Below, piece after piece: positions 63,400 to 64,000 of a stretch of DNA of 64,000 nucleotides. The DNA lies in the NCBI GenBank assembly GCA_976551045.1, contig CDPCPM010000571.1, forward strand, positions 372,001 to 436,000, given 5' to 3'. The position numbers were made by a program, and so were the translations under genes. A model generated the notes under the pieces. That model was not told the origin of the DNA. It saw nothing but the letters and a program-made list of their open reading frames with translations, and did no database searches. The first letter of the stretch is position 1, and every line of letters starts with the position of its first letter. The stretch comes from Glaucostegus cemiculus. Taxonomy: Eukaryota.

Positions 63400-64000
63400 A
63401 GCTGAAGTGGCCCCTGGGCACCGTGCGACAGCCCGGGCCGCCGCCGGGTCACCGGGACAACCTGCCGCCCGGTCCCTGCCGAGTTTGAAAGTCCCGCTGC
63501 CGGAGTTGATGCCGGGACCGGGAACCCGGGTCGCCGTCCCGCAGCCACCGAGTGACAGTGCGGGGCAGGGGGCGGCGGGGGTGTTCCCACCTCCCTCCCT
63601 CCTCCCACCCGGACCCCGGGCCCCGGACCCCCGCCCGGAGCCGGGCTGCAGCCTCTCACCCGGGGGCCCGCTCTCTGAGGCCCGGGGGAGGGGGGGGGGA
63701 ACAAGCGGAGCGGCCGCTCACCCAGCGCAGCGCCGCGCCCCTCCCTTCCCACCCCCGCCGGCCCCCGGCACTCGCCTCCTCCGACACGCTGAGGGTCTCC
63801 GCCTCGTCCCCCGCCGGCTCCATCAACTCCTCCGGCCCGTTCAGCGTCGGTGGGGTCGGGGCTGGCGGCCGCCATCTTACAGCGCAGGGACAGGGCCGGA
63901 CGTGGACGCCAGAGCTCGCCGCCCGGTGACGTCATGCAGTCTCGGTGACGCGTAACCCCTCCCTCTCTCTCCTCCCTTCATCCCGCCCCCCGCTGGGGAA
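63400..64000 (-). promoter_or_regulatory. CpG island / BRAF promoter with CRE, YY1 and GC-box motifs
   Basis: Very GC- and CpG-rich against an AT-richer background; TGACGTCA at 63927-63934, TGACG at 63946-63950, CCGCCATCTT over the ATG, CCCGCCCCC at ~63982-63990. Confidence 0.8.
63776..63875 (-). CDS. BRAF: BRAF exon 1 (coding part); frame anomaly and GC donor
   Basis: Start context TAAG-ATG-GCG (ATG 63875-63873) in a CpG island. The +1 frame reads PTLNGPEELMEPAGDEAETLSVSEE, resembling human LFNGDMEPEAG...IPEE, and ends GAG GAG|gcgagt at 63776. ATG to donor is 100 nt, not a multiple of 3. Confidence 0.75.

Noticed and set aside
63252-63955. Several long overlapping ORFs on both strands
   Set aside because: Expected from stop-codon scarcity in a CpG island; only the exon 1 part is supported.

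Overview
Eukaryotic (vertebrate) genomic DNA, not microbial. The window holds the 5' part of a BRAF kinase gene on the minus strand: CpG-island promoter and exon 1 at ~63.8 kb, exons 2-9, and the alternative exon 9b at 3131-3250. Exon 10 and the kinase domain lie beyond the left edge. Exon sizes and phases match mammalian BRAF as I recall it. The repeat content (CR1/HER1-like LINEs, HE1-like tRNA SINEs, Deu-domain SINEs, Penelope-like elements, Rex1/Babar LINEs, a Tc1) suggests a cartilaginous fish; this is inference. Most notable: (i) an apparently intact Penelope-type minimal hammerhead ribozyme in the sense strand of intron 2, with several decayed relatives; (ii) an alternative-splicing hotspot in the hinge region, with conserved exon 9b, a downstream NOVA-type YCAY cluster, a candidate new 33-nt frame-preserving cassette exon, a candidate poison exon and a candidate kinase-less terminal exon; (iii) exon 1 has a GC donor and its conserved ATG is one base out of frame with the conserved coding frame; (iv) SINEs carrying a Rex/Babar-type tail, a nested TE stack, and a decayed ~45-bp minisatellite that forms the backbone of intron 1. 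Exon coordinates were read base by base. TE boundaries are approximate and assigned by eye, without database searches.
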